Origin: Octopus sinensis
Taxonomy: Eukaryota
DNA: 64,000 nucleotides
Direction: 5' to 3'
NCBI RefSeq assembly: GCF_006345805.1
Contig: NC_042999.1
Span: forward strand, 11,594,001 to 11,658,000
Position numbers and translations under genes: made by a program. Below, piece by piece: positions 1 through 12,824 of this stretch; the stretch's first letter is position 1; each line of letters starts with the position of its first letter. A model generated the notes under the pieces. It ran no database searches. It worked only from the letters and a program-made list of their open reading frames with translations, and was not told the DNA's origin.

Positions 1-150
1 TTTGTCATGAGTCTATTGTAAGAAAAAGTATTTCAAGAATAAAATTAAACAGACTCCAACAATATTTTCATTACTGGGAAGGTTCTTGCGTCTAGGGTTT
101 CTGAACAAAGTAGATGTTAAACAAATTAACATTCTAGTTATCCCATGGGG

Positions 151-216
<66 letters not shown>

Positions 217-967
217 CATACATATATATATATATTACATACATATATACATGTGTGTATAGATATGCATATATATAAGAGAGTATGTGTGTGTCTATGT
301 ATATACATATATATATATAGAGTACATCATCCAATTTATTACTGACTTTTAAAGAGTAATATTTACCAAACAATAATATAAGGTTTGTACAGTCAGACAT
401 AGTCTACTGCCCAGATAATAGCCACAGGCCGTATAAAATACCTTACAAAGAAGTGTTTTTGTTTTAATCTCATTCTTTGTATTTTACGAAAATCGTTGCC
501 TGGAACCGAAATTAAAATGAAATTTTGATGGAAGGTTTGAATTTGGATCTTTTTAAATCAGGAAGTTTGTGCCTTAAAACCAGGGGCAGTTTCAGGCAAA
601 TTGGTACCAAAAGCATTAAGAACATGGTGTTACCAAGAAGGATCTAGCAACAGTCAATGGAAGATTTGGTTGGAATTCAGGTCATTATCAGGATCAGAAT
701 GCATAGAAATCCAGAAACTCTGTCTTTCATGAAAAATGACAATGTTAATAATAATTGTTTCAACGTCTGGCAGCACAAGGCCAGCAATTTTAGTGGGTTT
801 TAGAGTAGCTTCCATTAACCCTAGTATTTGACTGGTATTTTATTTTATGACCCTTAAAAGGATGAAAGGCAATGCTGACCGTGGCACAATTTGAACCCAG
901 AACATAATCAACCAAAACATATAACACTAATCATTCTGTTTGATGTACCACAACTACTGCTGCTGTC

Positions 968-1004
<37 letters not shown>

Positions 1005-1965
1005 TATGAAATGCAATCACAAAAAAGTGCAAAATAAAAAATAATAATTATGATTAAAAAGCTAAAAATGTTATCTTTTTATGACAGTATTTATTTATCT
1101 ATTGAGTTATTTAATCAAAAATAAATCAGTTTTTTTATAGAATTCGATCAATTATCTTTTAACCTAGTTTTTCTGCAATGACAATTCACCCTGAAAAATC
1201 TCTTGTATCTTAGCTATCTTAAGTCAAGTTTTACTTTTATCATTTTATCAATATTCCAAGCATTATTTCTGCAATAATTGGTTGTGCCAAAGAAGTGGCC
1301 TTTCCTTGATACGAGATACGGGGGGGGGGGGGGGGGGGCGCAAATAGTTGGCATATTTTCATACATATTTTACATTCTCATTGCAAAAACAAATGTTAAA
1401 GAGGCAGGGACCAGGTTGGAGAATTGTGTAACTGTGAAAGTTGGCTGGTTGAACCCTTTTGATGCCAACTCCCCATGGAAGCACCCCACCTGCTTCTGTG
1501 GTAGAAACTTTTTTTAAAGTCATTATAATTAAAACCTTCAATCAAAATTTCAAATTAATTTATACTTTAACCATTAGCTTATAGTGACAAAATTCTTTAT
1601 TATTTCCAAAATTAACAGAAACCAACGTGGTGCATTTTAAGAAAAAATATGCTAATGAAAGGGTTAAATGTGTCAACAAATTTTGTGACTGATGTCCCTT
1701 CACCTCCCAACCGACAGTATTTAAGAAAAAAAAGATAAAATTAACGAGGGTTGGTTTTGCCATGCTAAGTTCATGTTAATATTATGGAGACAAAAGAATT
1801 CTTGTATTTGAAGCCGAGTTCATTCTCTGAGAAATGTGTTGCTTGCCGTTACAATCAACCGATCCACTTCATATCTCTGATGTCGACTCACAAGAGAAGT
1901 CTGAGTTAACATCCCATTACGAGTTTCAGGCATTTTCAGTAAATTCCAGTCCAAAATATTGGTTA

Positions 1966-2349
1966 CTAGCTTAAAAGCCGCCCGATAGGGAGGTTTTTAA
2001 GCTAGTGTATAAACCATTAAGCAACTGACCCTGAATGGGAAGATCTGCAAACAGGTCTCTGACTTGTTTTGGAGAATTTGTTGCAATTGCTTCCTTCAGA
2101 GTCATTTCCCAATCATGGTCGTATTCGTCGCTAAAAATCATGTAAACAAAAATCGCCAACAACAATCACAGTTATGAAAACGTAGGAACCCAAAATTTCA
2201 ATTTGGTGGGTTCGGATTCAACCCAGAATGTTTTTAATTTACTTATGGAGTCAGCCTGATTCCTAAATAGTATGATATGTTGGGCTATGGCCTCTTGGAG
2301 TAAAGCTGAAAAAGTGTGACACACTCACATTCACATTTATTATATTAGA
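1966..2349 (-). mobile_element. Complete non-autonomous Helitron (384 bp) carrying a short RepHel-like coding remnant
   Basis: The minus strand reads A|TCTAATATAATAAATG at the 5' end (2349). It ends in a GC hairpin (CCTCCC-TATC-GGGCGG), 8 nt, then CTAG|T (1966), i.e. an A|TC...CTAG|T insertion. The internal frame DHDWEMTLKEAIATNSPKQVRDLFA (about 2035-2125) resembles the Helitron RepHel motif DDxEWxxxLxEAxxxxxPxQLRxLFA. Confidence 0.75.
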
Positions 2350-2754
2350 TATGTTTAATTTTGGGGAAACTTTATTTCAATTAAGGTATATCTTATATAT
2401 ACAGATGTGTGTGTGTGTGGGGGGGGGGTATATGTATTAAAGAAAGCATAAAATAAAACAAAAATGAGTGTTCAGTATATTGGCAACAGGAATTTCTCTC
2501 AAAGAGACATGGTTTTAAACAAAGATGGACATCATCTCAATCTCTCTCTCTCTCTCTTACCACCACCACCACCACCACCACCACCAACACTACTACTTTT
2601 AATAAAACATCATCAAATCTCCCTAAATTTCTTTGTCTCTCTTTCTCTCTCTCTCTGTCTTTGCCACCACCCTCACTGTCTCTATGCCTACTATTACTCT
2701 CACCCCATCATGAAGAAATAGTAGGAGTGCCATTGAACAGTGAGAGAGGAGGTC

Positions 2755-2808
2755 TAAGTGTGACACACTGACACACAGAAATTAGTTTTTTGCGTTTATC
2801 ATATTAGA
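2755..2808 (-). mobile_element. Helitron 5'-end fragment
   Basis: The minus strand A|TCTAATATGATAAACGC...GTGTGTCACACTT resembles the 5' end of the 1966-2349 element. No 3' end was found. Confidence 0.5.
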
Positions 2809-3624
2809 TAAATACATTGGTCAAGTCAGTCTTTTGCTCGTCTGAGTTTCACCTGTGAGTGTACAGGGTTGTCAGTAACTTGCCTGGAGCCCCTATGCAC
2901 CCACAGGTCACACTCAGATGAGCAACAGACTGATTCAGTCAAAATTAAAATACTTTTCATTTCTACTTTGGTATCGAGTATTCTTGCTTCTGACAATCAA
3001 CACTAAATGCGTGTGTGTGTGTGCGTGCAGTGCATGTATCTTCATCATAGTTTTCACATCCACTTTTCTAAGCTTGTATAGAATTTGCTGTTTTGCAGTT
3101 TTTCTACAGCTGGATGCTCTTTCTGCTGCCAACCCTCACCTGTTTCCAAGCAAGATAATAATTCCAATGTTGAAACACATCTCCATGACAGTGACATTTG
3201 CTTACAACTAACACATGAGGTCAAGCGACAGTAATACTCCTACACTCATTTCATGTGCTCAACACGACCCTTCCATGGCAGCAAAAATAATATCCTGTAA
3301 CCACTCAAATAAACCTGTACATGCAAGGCCGTGCCCCCCCACACACACTTCCCCTCTCCCTGACACATCAAGCATTCTCCCCCCCACCTATGGTACTAAG
3401 CAGCTGCTGTACTCACCTGCAAGCAATGTCACACATATTCCATCCCATACCTTTTCAAACAGTCTCCAATTACTCCCATTCCACGTTATCCCCACCCACA
3501 CCATTTCAACCAATCTCTGCCTCCACCTCCTACCCCTCCCCACTATACTCCATTCTTAGCACCTTCTCCCATTTGCTATCATTGTCAATACCCTCCCACA
3601 TCTACCATCATAACCCATCCACTA

Positions 3625-3955
3625 TGAAAAGGGTAAAGACCCCCTTCGGTCATGAATGACCATGGTGCGGCACCAAGAAAGTTCCCTTCCAAGGCACAAG
3701 TCCAGGCAAGGTTGTTTATGGCAGACCCAGCAGTCACCAGCCTCCCCTCTCCCTGTCACCGATGTTATCCAAGGGATGGGCAAAAGGGGCCGATACAGCT
3801 TGGCCCCAGTGACGTTGCAACTCATTTCTACAACTGAGTGAACTGGAGCAACGTGAAATATCTTGCTCAAGAACACAACACACAGCCCAGCCCAGGAATT
3901 GAACTCGCTACCTCATGATTGTGAGCCCAATGCTTTAACCCCTGATCCATGCACT
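3625..3955 (-). mobile_element. SINE with a tRNA-like head at the right end and a conserved central domain
   Basis: It contains TTTCTACAACTGAGTGAACTGGAGCAACGTGAAA..CTTGCTCAAGAACACAAC, followed by GGAATTGAACTC (B-box in reverse) and a decayed tRNA-like arm. Boundaries are approximate. Confidence 0.55.
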
Positions 3956-5064
3956 CCCACCTACTATAGCCTCTTATGTATTCCTATCCCCCACCCCCCA
4001 CCTCTGCATCCTGGTTATTTCCTTCCCTGTTCTTTTCTCTCTTGCAAGTCACATGACAACCTCGCTAGTGTCAGTGGCACAAACAAAGCATCCAGTACGC
4101 TCTCTTAAGTGGTTGGCATTAGGAAGAGCATCCAACCATAGAAACCAAAAATGACATTGGAACTGGACACAGCCCGGCAGCTCACCGTATCAAACCACCC
4201 GACCCATCCATGCCAGCACAGAAAGCAGACATTCAACAATGATGAGGATGATATATGTATACATCATCATTCATCATTTTATATATATATAGCATGTATA
4301 CAATGGGCTTCTTTCAGTTTCTGTCTACCAAATCCATTTACAAGGTTTTGGTCAGCCCAGAACTATAGTAGAGGGCACTTGTCCAAGGTACCATGCAGTG
4401 GGACTGAACCTGAGACCATGTTGGTTGCGAAGCAAACTTCTTACCACACAGTTATGCTCAAGTAGTTTATGTGTGTGTGTATAATTATATATATATACAT
4501 ACACACACACACACACATTGTGTGCACTGTCCCAGTTTTAGACCACAAACACCATGTCCCTGTGTGCAACTAAAATGATTCACATCGGGGGAAAAAGTGA
4601 TAGCAAAGACTGGTGTGTGTATGTGTGTGTGTGTGCTGGTGGTGATGAATCATGCCAATGATGAAGATTAAGAAGATGGTTTTGATAGTATGTAAAATTA
4701 GCTCATCACCATCACCATCGCCATCCCAAGCAATGTACTAGAGAAATTGATAAGGAATCTTCACTGGGAACTGGTACCTCCTCCCCATGATAACTTCTTT
4801 ATTAACAAGTTATGATGGGGGTTTCAGTATCCAGTTACAAATATATTCCTAACATATTCTGATTGCTGAAAATATTTTGGCTTCCAATTTTTCTCTCAAT
4901 GTTTTGATAGTAGTTCCTCAACTTAGGATATTGACATAAAGTATCAGAGCAATGATTTTAACCCTTTTGTTAATACATTTCTGTTGAATATACACAGCTT
5001 TTGCTTTGATTAATTTTGAAACTAATAAGAATTTAGTCAAAAAAACTGTCATTATTAAATTGTG

Positions 5065-5290
5065 TCCCAAAGGCAGCAAGTTGGCAGAATCGTTAACACG
5101 GCTCAGCAAAACGCTTGGCAGCATTTTGTCTGTCTTAACATACATTCTGAGTTGACTTTGCCTTTCATCTTTTTTATTTGGGGGAGAGGGTCAATAAAAT
5201 AAATACCAGTCATTCACTAAGGTCGATGTAACTGACACCCACCCCTGAAATTGCTGGTTTTGTGCCAAAATTTGAAATCATTATTAAACA
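5065..5290 (+). mobile_element. tRNA-derived SINE (family D; head GGC.GC.AG.TGGCAGAATCGTTA)
   Basis: It matches the reverse-oriented copies at 55380-55790 and 63075-63300, and is CpG-decayed. Confidence 0.65.
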
Positions 5291-6024
5291 GTGTCTGGAA
5301 CATAAATTCACGGGAAGCTTGTATCACAAACGACTCAGAGTTGGTTGAGGGTAGGTTGGTACCAATTGGGACTAATTGTCACCAGGAGAGGCTAACAAGG
5401 CAAGGACTGAACTCCTAACTTTCAGACCAATAAAACAACAGATTCAAGTAAGCAGTCATGACATTAATAAAACTGAGGCTTCAGACTGGGAACCACAAGC
5501 AAAGTCTTTCGTATAAAAGCCATCGACACTAAACTCACTTGTATATTAAAATCATATTTGAGGAAACACTCGAAAGCACATTACCACATAGTTGCGTCGG
5601 TAACGGGAAAAGATAATGAAAGAGAAATTAATATTAGAAACATTTCTATTGGCTCTGTTGTCTTCCGACCAGGTTCACCTGACTAACGACTCACTGATTA
5701 AATTACTGTAATGCCAAGTGCAAAGGTAAGTTACAATATAATTAAAGAATGTTTGGTTCACTCCTAACCAGCAGGTTCCAAAATGTTGTCGCTTTTTGCA
5801 TATTGCTTCCTGTGATTTCGTTCGAAGATAAAAACAGTTGACGGATAAACTCTATTTATGCACCTGCCACTTATATACCTCACCTGTTCAATGAGAATCT
5901 ATACCAAAGAAAAAGACAGGGAGGTGCTTGCTCTCTCTCTCTCTTTTTCCCCCAGATATATTTAGTGGCATATTGCAGTTAAGTATACTGGAGGAGGGAG
6001 AAGATATTAATGAACACACGCACA

Positions 6025-6058
<34 letters not shown>

Positions 6059-6082
6059 AGTCTCCTGAATGACTTCATTTAA

Positions 6083-6287
6083 CCCCTCAGCATTCAGATT
6101 ACTCTGCCAAACGTAAAGCTTACTTATTCACATTGTTTTCAGTTGTCCTCTGGCTTTCAGATTTCAATGCTGTCATTGTTTATTGTTAGAATGACATTGT
6201 AGGGTAGGTGTGAGAGGCTGCACCTGGCTATTTTCAACATAAAACAGAATATTTGGGCTTGATATGGTTGGTTTGGAGAGTAAAGAG
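6083..6287. mobile_element. piggyBac-type MITE (TTAA target duplication, CCCTTTAGCATT-like TIRs)
   Basis: TTAA|CCCCTCAGCATTCAGATTACTCTG ... TAAAGAG|TTAA. Homologous copies lie at about 25305-25460 and about 31800-32004, the latter ending AATGCTAAAGGG|TTAA. Confidence 0.6.
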
Positions 6288-6399
6288 TTAAAACTGTTCA
6301 GTGTAGAGAAAATCGTTTCTTTATTTATTTGTCAAGTCTGGAGGAAGGGACAGAGCCCATGACCTCTGCAGGCTCTCTGAGACTGGTGGGCGCTGATGT

Positions 6400-6770
6400 T
6401 ACTCTTTTACTCTTTTACTTGTTTCAGTCATTTGACTGCGGCCATGCTGGAGCACCACCTTTTAGTACTTATTCTATCAGTCTCTTTTTGCCAAACCGCT
6501 AAGTGACAGGGACGTAAACACACCAGCATCGGTTGTCAAGCAATGCTAGGGGGACAAACACAGACACACAAACACACACATATACATATATATACATATA
6601 TACGACAGACTCCTTTCAGTTTCCGTCTACCAAATCCACTCACAAGGCATTGGTCGGCCCGGGGCTATAGTAGAAGACACTTGCCCAAGATGCCACGCAA
6701 TGGGACTGAACCCGCAACCGTGTGGTTGGTTAGCAAGCTACTTACCACACAGCCACTCCTGCGCCTATGT
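6400..6770. mobile_element. Two adjacent SINEs (family C 6400-6600; family B 6600-6770, tRNA head reversed)
   Basis: Family C has CTTGTTTCAGTCATTTGACTGCGGCCATGCTGGAGCACC. Family B has TTTCAGTTTCCGTCTACCAAATCCACTCACAAGG...GGGACTGAACCC...TTACCACACAGCCAC. Both recur many times in the window (B at 4290, 26900, 53750, 56160, 59680, 62320, 62645; C at 20640, 32730, 51880, 55930). Confidence 0.75.
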
Positions 6771-6799
6771 TGTTGAGGTTCTGTTGAACATTTGCTAGT

Positions 6800-7140
6800 G
6801 AATCTATGCAGGGAAGACATGAACAAGGAGAAGATTGGAGCAGGCCAATGGGGTTGAAAGGGGCTGGATGCATCAAGAGTGAGAAGAGGGGGGGTCAGGG
6901 TGCATGAGAAATAGAGCTGCAGAACCAGCCAAGATCCAAGCAATGGAAGCCATTAGAATAACGAGAGAAGAGGCAGAGAGAGGAGAGAGAGGAGAGCTGT
7001 GGAGCGTCGGTGATTGAGTCTCAGCTAAGTGGTGCAAGATGTCTCTGTGTGTAGGAACAGCACCAAACGAAATGGTTGAGCAGTTCTTCAACTGCAGACT
7101 TTGCTCTTTTGAAATGTACAGAGATAGAGTTGACAAAGAA
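6800..7140 (-). pseudogene. Possible degenerate LINE APE-endonuclease fragment
   Basis: Minus-strand frames give KSAVEELL and DILHHLAETQSPTLHSSPLS, which recall the N-terminus of Jockey/CR1-type endonucleases (xxLFLTETQ motif). It is frameshifted and was recognised by eye only. Confidence 0.3.
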
Positions 7141-7919
7141 AAATATCAAAGTGTGGGAATCAAATCTCTTATTAGAAATTTAAACTTCAATTCCATTTGG
7201 TTTCTTCATTTTAATACCTGCATCTTACAAATGGTTTAGCACCTGTATTTTATGAATACTTTTAAACATGAACAAAAACACATATAACCATACACCCCTT
7301 ATTTCAAAATAGATCAATTCGGTTCGTAGTTTCTAAATGTCTGACTCATCTTTGCCAAGGAGAATAACAAAGGTTTTATAGTCGTAGAATTCTACAGATT
7401 CAGAAGACTTGTTACAAAATCACAATTGCATATATTAAGTGCAGTAGAAGACAACTGGGCCTCAACTGACACACTCAATGGAGAACTGCTCTTCTTTGGC
7501 TTCACTCTAAAGATAATCTCTCACGCATGCGTGCATGCGCATGCACACACACACACACACACACACACATGTATGACTTTGTTTTGACATCATGTGATAA
7601 TTGTAAATGAGTATTCCATGAGAAACATGTTTGGCTATGGAGGGATATTATCTTGCTTCGAAGCAGGTTGGCAACAGGAAGAGCATCTAACTGTAGAAAA
7701 TGTATTTCAACAAATTCCATAGAACCATGAAAAAGTTGAAACAATAAAGGTGATGATGGTGGTGGTGGTGGTGGTGGAGGGGATGATGATGATGAGATGA
7801 TGTGTTCACTGAAAAGGTCTCAAAACACCATAGAAACAATTTTGCCCTACAACTGAAAAGCTAATTAGAGAATGCCATGTAAAAGTTCTCTTGTTTTAAA
7901 AACAAAATATTTTGTGATG

Positions 7920-8227
7920 TTATTAGCAGTTCGAATCGTGCTTGTGACACGTTTGGGACTGATAAACAGACCCTTCCCTGTGTTTTACCATGGAGGAAAT
8001 TTCTCACTGTTGACAATGGTGTAAGTACATTTAGATCAGTTTGCAGCGCCCCCTTTCCAGGCTGTGAGATGCAGCATTTCAGAGCAGTTATCTTCTCTTC
8101 GGTCACAGACACTGGACAGAGTGTTTACACCATTGTCAACAGCGAGAAATTTTCTCCATGACAAAACACAGGGAAGGGCCTGTTTATCAGTCCAAACGTG
8201 TCACAAGCATATTCAAACTGGTAATAA
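7920..8227. mobile_element. MITE-like element with about 103-bp imperfect terminal inverted repeats
   Basis: 7920-8024 is the reverse complement of 8125-8227 with scattered mismatches (shared TGCTTGTGACACGTTTGG...CTGTTGACAATGGTGTAA). The spacer is about 100 bp. Confidence 0.7.
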
Positions 8228-8938
8228 AAGTGCATTTATACATATTTACCACCCAGCGCTCCGACTTTGTGACATATTTTGTCAAGTTTTTACAGAATAA
8301 TTAATGACTAACAAAATGTGAGATGTCCCCTTGAATGAATCAGAAACAGTCCAGAAAGGCTGAAGAAGGGTCCAAGTGAACAAAGGAGCTGACCAAAGAT
8401 TAGAACCATAAACATTGTTTGTCAAAGAGGCAACATCTTATTGGTGTCATTGGTGAAGTGTAAGAATGGTCATGTGATTAGCAAGTTGGATTTGCAACCA
8501 AATGACTCAAGTTCCATCCCAGTGTGTGGCACTTGGGGCAAAGTAGTCTTGAGGGGACCCAATAACTTGGGAGTTGAAATTTGGTAGATAGAAACAGCAG
8601 AGAAGCTTGTTGTTTTGTGCATTTTGTGCATGTGTGTCAGATGCAAGCAATAGATATGCATGCGTGCATGTGTGTGTGCATGAATGTCGTTTCTGTGTTT
8701 TAAAAAAAGCGGTGATGCTTGTATATGTCGCCTGTGCCTCTGGGTGGTTAATTTAGTCAATTTTGATGATACATTATTTTAAAAAAAGCAAAGTAAAGGT
8801 TGGCGACAAGAAGGGCATCCAGCTGTAAAATACAGCCTGAAGAAGTTATCCAACCCATGCCAGCATGGAAAAGCAGACACAGAAACAACGATGCTGATAT
8901 CATCATCTAGCATCCGCATTCCATGCCGGCATACATAC

Positions 8939-8985
<47 letters not shown>

Positions 8986-9781
8986 CACACGCATACACTG
9001 GTATCTGCGGGTTTAAAGACTTGGCTTGAAAGAATTAGCTTCAACAAAATAAAGATTACTTGAAGTGATACAGTGTTATGTAGGCCGAGGTCAGCTTTGA
9101 TAAGGCAGGCTTCTATAATTATATCGTTATATATTTGTTTCCTTCCATGCAAAGAACATGTTTACCAACATAAAAAAAATAAAACCATGAATAAGGCAGA
9201 TAGAATTTCTCACTGAAGAAACCTGAACTTTTGACAAATGAAAGAACAACGTTCAACAGGAGTTTTAACATTAATCTTTTTATGAACTGATAAAACAATA
9301 TTTGTTTCACTTCAGTGGCAGACTAACAGCCTCATAAAAATCCGAAGCCCAATGCCAACCACTTCACAGTGTTGTTTTCATGGCACCAACACCAGTGAGG
9401 TCACAGTGTCACTAACAACCGGGAGAGGCTTTAAAGAAGGGGGAACAGGTTTATTGCTGTTAAGGGATACTCCACCTTATAATGAGGGTGGATGGGAGCA
9501 AACAGAATGGACATTTAAGGAGGTGTCAAAGCATACCCTGAAGCTAAATCATCATTAGTGTTTAACATCCACTTTTCCAGGCTTGCATGGGTCGGATGGA
9601 ATTTGTTGAGGAAGGTTCTTTTTTTTTCTACAGATAGATGCTCTTCCTGTCACCAATCTTCCCCCGTTTCCTTATAAGGTGAATATTTCTCCATGGCCAG
9701 ATATGTGTTTAAGGAAGGTTGGAGTTGAAGGACACTGACTGCATGATCTACAACTATCACATACAAATACACACACACACA

Positions 9782-9827
<46 letters not shown>

Positions 9828-10361
9828 ACAGGTTTCTTTTAGTTTTTCTATTCCCAAAAATGTGGTAGGGAAGGAAATCGTTTAACCACAGAGTCACCTG
9901 TGCCTCGGTGTGTGTGTGTGTGTGTGTATTCCAGTAAATAACTTTAATTGGTTTCTTTATAATGAGATATATCCATTAAAGGGACACCAAACTCTAAACT
10001 GAGGGAGAGAAATGGAAAAAGAAACTGTTGAAATCTCTTTTTTATAAAGGTGTAATAAACACCATGAAGCAAGATTTCAAAACTCCTGGCATATTTGGAT
10101 AGAATTTGGTAACGAATGGGTTAATGCCAGGCTTAATTCAATCTTGCTAGAATCATTATTTATTGATCTCTCTCTCTCCTATTTGAAGTCCATAAAAAAA
10201 GTAACAGTAAGCTACCTGGGTTGATTTAATCAAGAAAACAGCCACCAAACAATTATTGATCTTTATATTCAATCAAATTCTTATTATTGCATATTTGTTT
10301 TAGGAATTTGTGTTTTAAGTAAAAGTGAATTTGGTGCAACACTGACATCATTTGACAATAT

Positions 10362-10375
10362 GTTGCCATAGCAAC
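10362..10375. promoter_or_regulatory. RFX X-box motif GTTGCCATAGCAAC
   Basis: A 14-bp near-palindrome matching the canonical X-box GTTGCCATGGCAAC with one substitution. Function is not shown. Confidence 0.4.
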
Positions 10376-10449
10376 TCAATAAAATATTTGTAAAATATGT
10401 CAAATGTAGATGTTTTCATAACAGAAACATTTCATGTGTATAATAATAA

Positions 10450-10848
10450 CTAGCAGTATTGCCTGGCGTTGCTCGGGTTTGTTTCGACCCCTTAGAATTG
10501 AAATTTTTGAAAAGTAAAATTTTTGCATTCTGTAGCTTGTTATTCTCTTTAAGTGATAATTTTTCTGGTTGAAATACACCGAAAAATGGCAACACAGCAG
10601 TCAAAAAATCGTTAAAAAATAGGGATTTTCATAGAAAAAAAGCACCTTTTTGATGTAAATAATTTTTGGTGTTAACATGGTCCGATTTGAATTTTTTCTC
10701 CTACGGAAGGAAGAGCAAGCCTTCTTTTATCATACTCTCAATTTTGGTCAACTTGCGCCGCAGGGTCTCGGAGGAGATAGTGTTAGTTGAAGGCTACCAA
10801 ACCTGCCATACACACACAGACAACTTCAGCTTTATATATAGAGAGAGA
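10450..10848 (-). mobile_element. Complete non-autonomous Helitron (399 bp)
   Basis: On the minus strand the 5' end is A|TCTCTCTCTATATATAAAGCTGAAG and the 3' end is CCCGAGCAACGCCAGGC (hairpin)-AATACTG-CTAG|T. Removing the element restores a (TAA)n run with no TSD, as expected for Helitrons. Confidence 0.85.
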
Positions 10849-11741
10849 TAATAAGTAAAAACAAAAAGAACTCAGACTGCTGCAGTCGGTAAAGTACGAA
10901 GCGGTAATGAAGAGGAGGACGACATAAAAGAGACTGGTTTAGAGCTTCTTGAAAAGCGTTTGAGTAGTTAAAGAGTAAAGGAGGGCCGAGAGCAATGTGA
11001 AGAGGATGAGTGAGGACTGTAAAGAGTTTTTCAGAAAGAAAGTTTTTCAGCTTAACAAGCAGCTGTACATCATATCAATCAAGTCTTTTTTTTTTCTTTT
11101 ATTTAGTTGTTATTATTTTTCTTTTTTTTTTTGACAATGAAGATCTGTCATTTAAAAGTGCACTTTTACAAAGCAGTTTACAGGTCGATGGCAGCTTCTT
11201 TTTGCTTTTCTAATTCTTTTTGAGGCGTTGCAAATCATCATCATCATGAGGTTTTAATGTCCGCTTTACCATACTCGCATGGACCAGACAAAGTCTACTG
11301 AGGCAGACTCCTTACAGCTGGATGCTCTTCCTGTTGCTAAGCCTCACCTGTTTCCAAGTAAGGCAATGTTCACACCCCACCCCACCCCCCTTCATGGCCA
11401 GACATGATTGTGCAGAATATTGGGAATGAATGACACTGGATGACTGTTACACAATTATCACACAATGTTTTGACAACGAATCACACACACACACACGTTT
11501 CTTTCGACCAAAACCACTCCTCACAAAGTAACAATGAAATGTGACTGCTCCAGTATGAATTGTCATAAAAAAAGATGATGACAGAAAAATGAACACAAGA
11601 TTAAAAAAAAATAAAACCAAACTTATGAAATTTAGAATAACAAAACAAAACAAAACTTGTTGAAGAAAGAGAAAGAAAAAACTTTGAATTCTCCGATTCA
11701 TTACAGACGAAAGCTTTGAAATAGAGTAAAGGAAATCACTA

Positions 11742-11772
<31 letters not shown>

Positions 11773-12757
11773 CACTAATCTGATGCTTTCACAATGTAAG
11801 GATTAATTCTATTTTTACAGTTGTAATGTTTACTGGTGAGTGGAAGTGTGGTGGCCTACGTCATCAGCCACAAAAGAAAACAGTAACGGGTGGGTCTTGT
11901 GGGCTTTTCTCATAAATACACATAGAACAGAGACAACTGCACTGCTGTGTAAATAATGTCTGCAGGACACAGAGAATGAGTGCATAATAGAAGCATTAAA
12001 TGATATTGTGATTGAATTAAATCCTCTAAACTAAACTGGAAAAAAAAAGATCCAACAACCCTTACAGCTGCCGAGAATAAGGCAACGTAAGTTTGAAGAA
12101 ACGAGAGAAGGGAACAAATTGAGAACTAAATAGTGTTTTGTTGTATCTTGGGAGGGTCATTATACTAATAAGCACATGCACTGATCCTATTTCACTTCTT
12201 TATTATTTATTTATTTATCAATTGGTTAATGATTTAATCAATTAACTAATCAACCATTTGATTAATTGTTCAGTCAATCAATCGGTTCGGTTTGACTAAG
12301 CACTTTCATCATGAATGACATGCCCTCTCTACTCCTGACATCATCATCATTTAACGTTCATTGTCCATGCTGGCATGGGTTGGACAGTTTGACCAAGGCT
12401 GGTAAACTGGGGAGCTGCAACAGACTCCAGTCTGATTAGGAATGGTTTCTACGGTTGGATGCCCTTCCTAATGCCAACCACTCTGAGAGTGCAATGGGTA
12501 TTTTTACATGTGGCCAGTACAGGTGTTAATTTGTGTGACACCAGTATCTGCCACGACTGCAATTTTGCTCGGCTTGATGGGTCTTCTTCTTCTCTAGCAT
12601 GATATAATACCAAAGGTCTTGGTCATTGCCTCTCAAGAAGCCCAACACTTGAAAGGAACTCAGCCACAGACAACAAAATTGATTTCAACACACAAGAGAG
12701 TTCACATCAAGAAATGTGAGGAGGCAAATACATGAACTCCAGAGGCAAATACAGCCG

Positions 12758-12824
<67 letters not shown>

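Noticed and set aside
1320-1338. G19 homopolymer (other G runs near 20140, 28811 and 62819) as a G-quadruplex element
   Set aside because: Simple mononucleotide runs are common here, nothing indicates function, and their length is error-prone.
3215-3620. 114-aa and 112-aa Pro/Ser/His-rich ORFs
   Set aside because: C/A/T-biased low-complexity sequence of repeat-like character with no protein motif.
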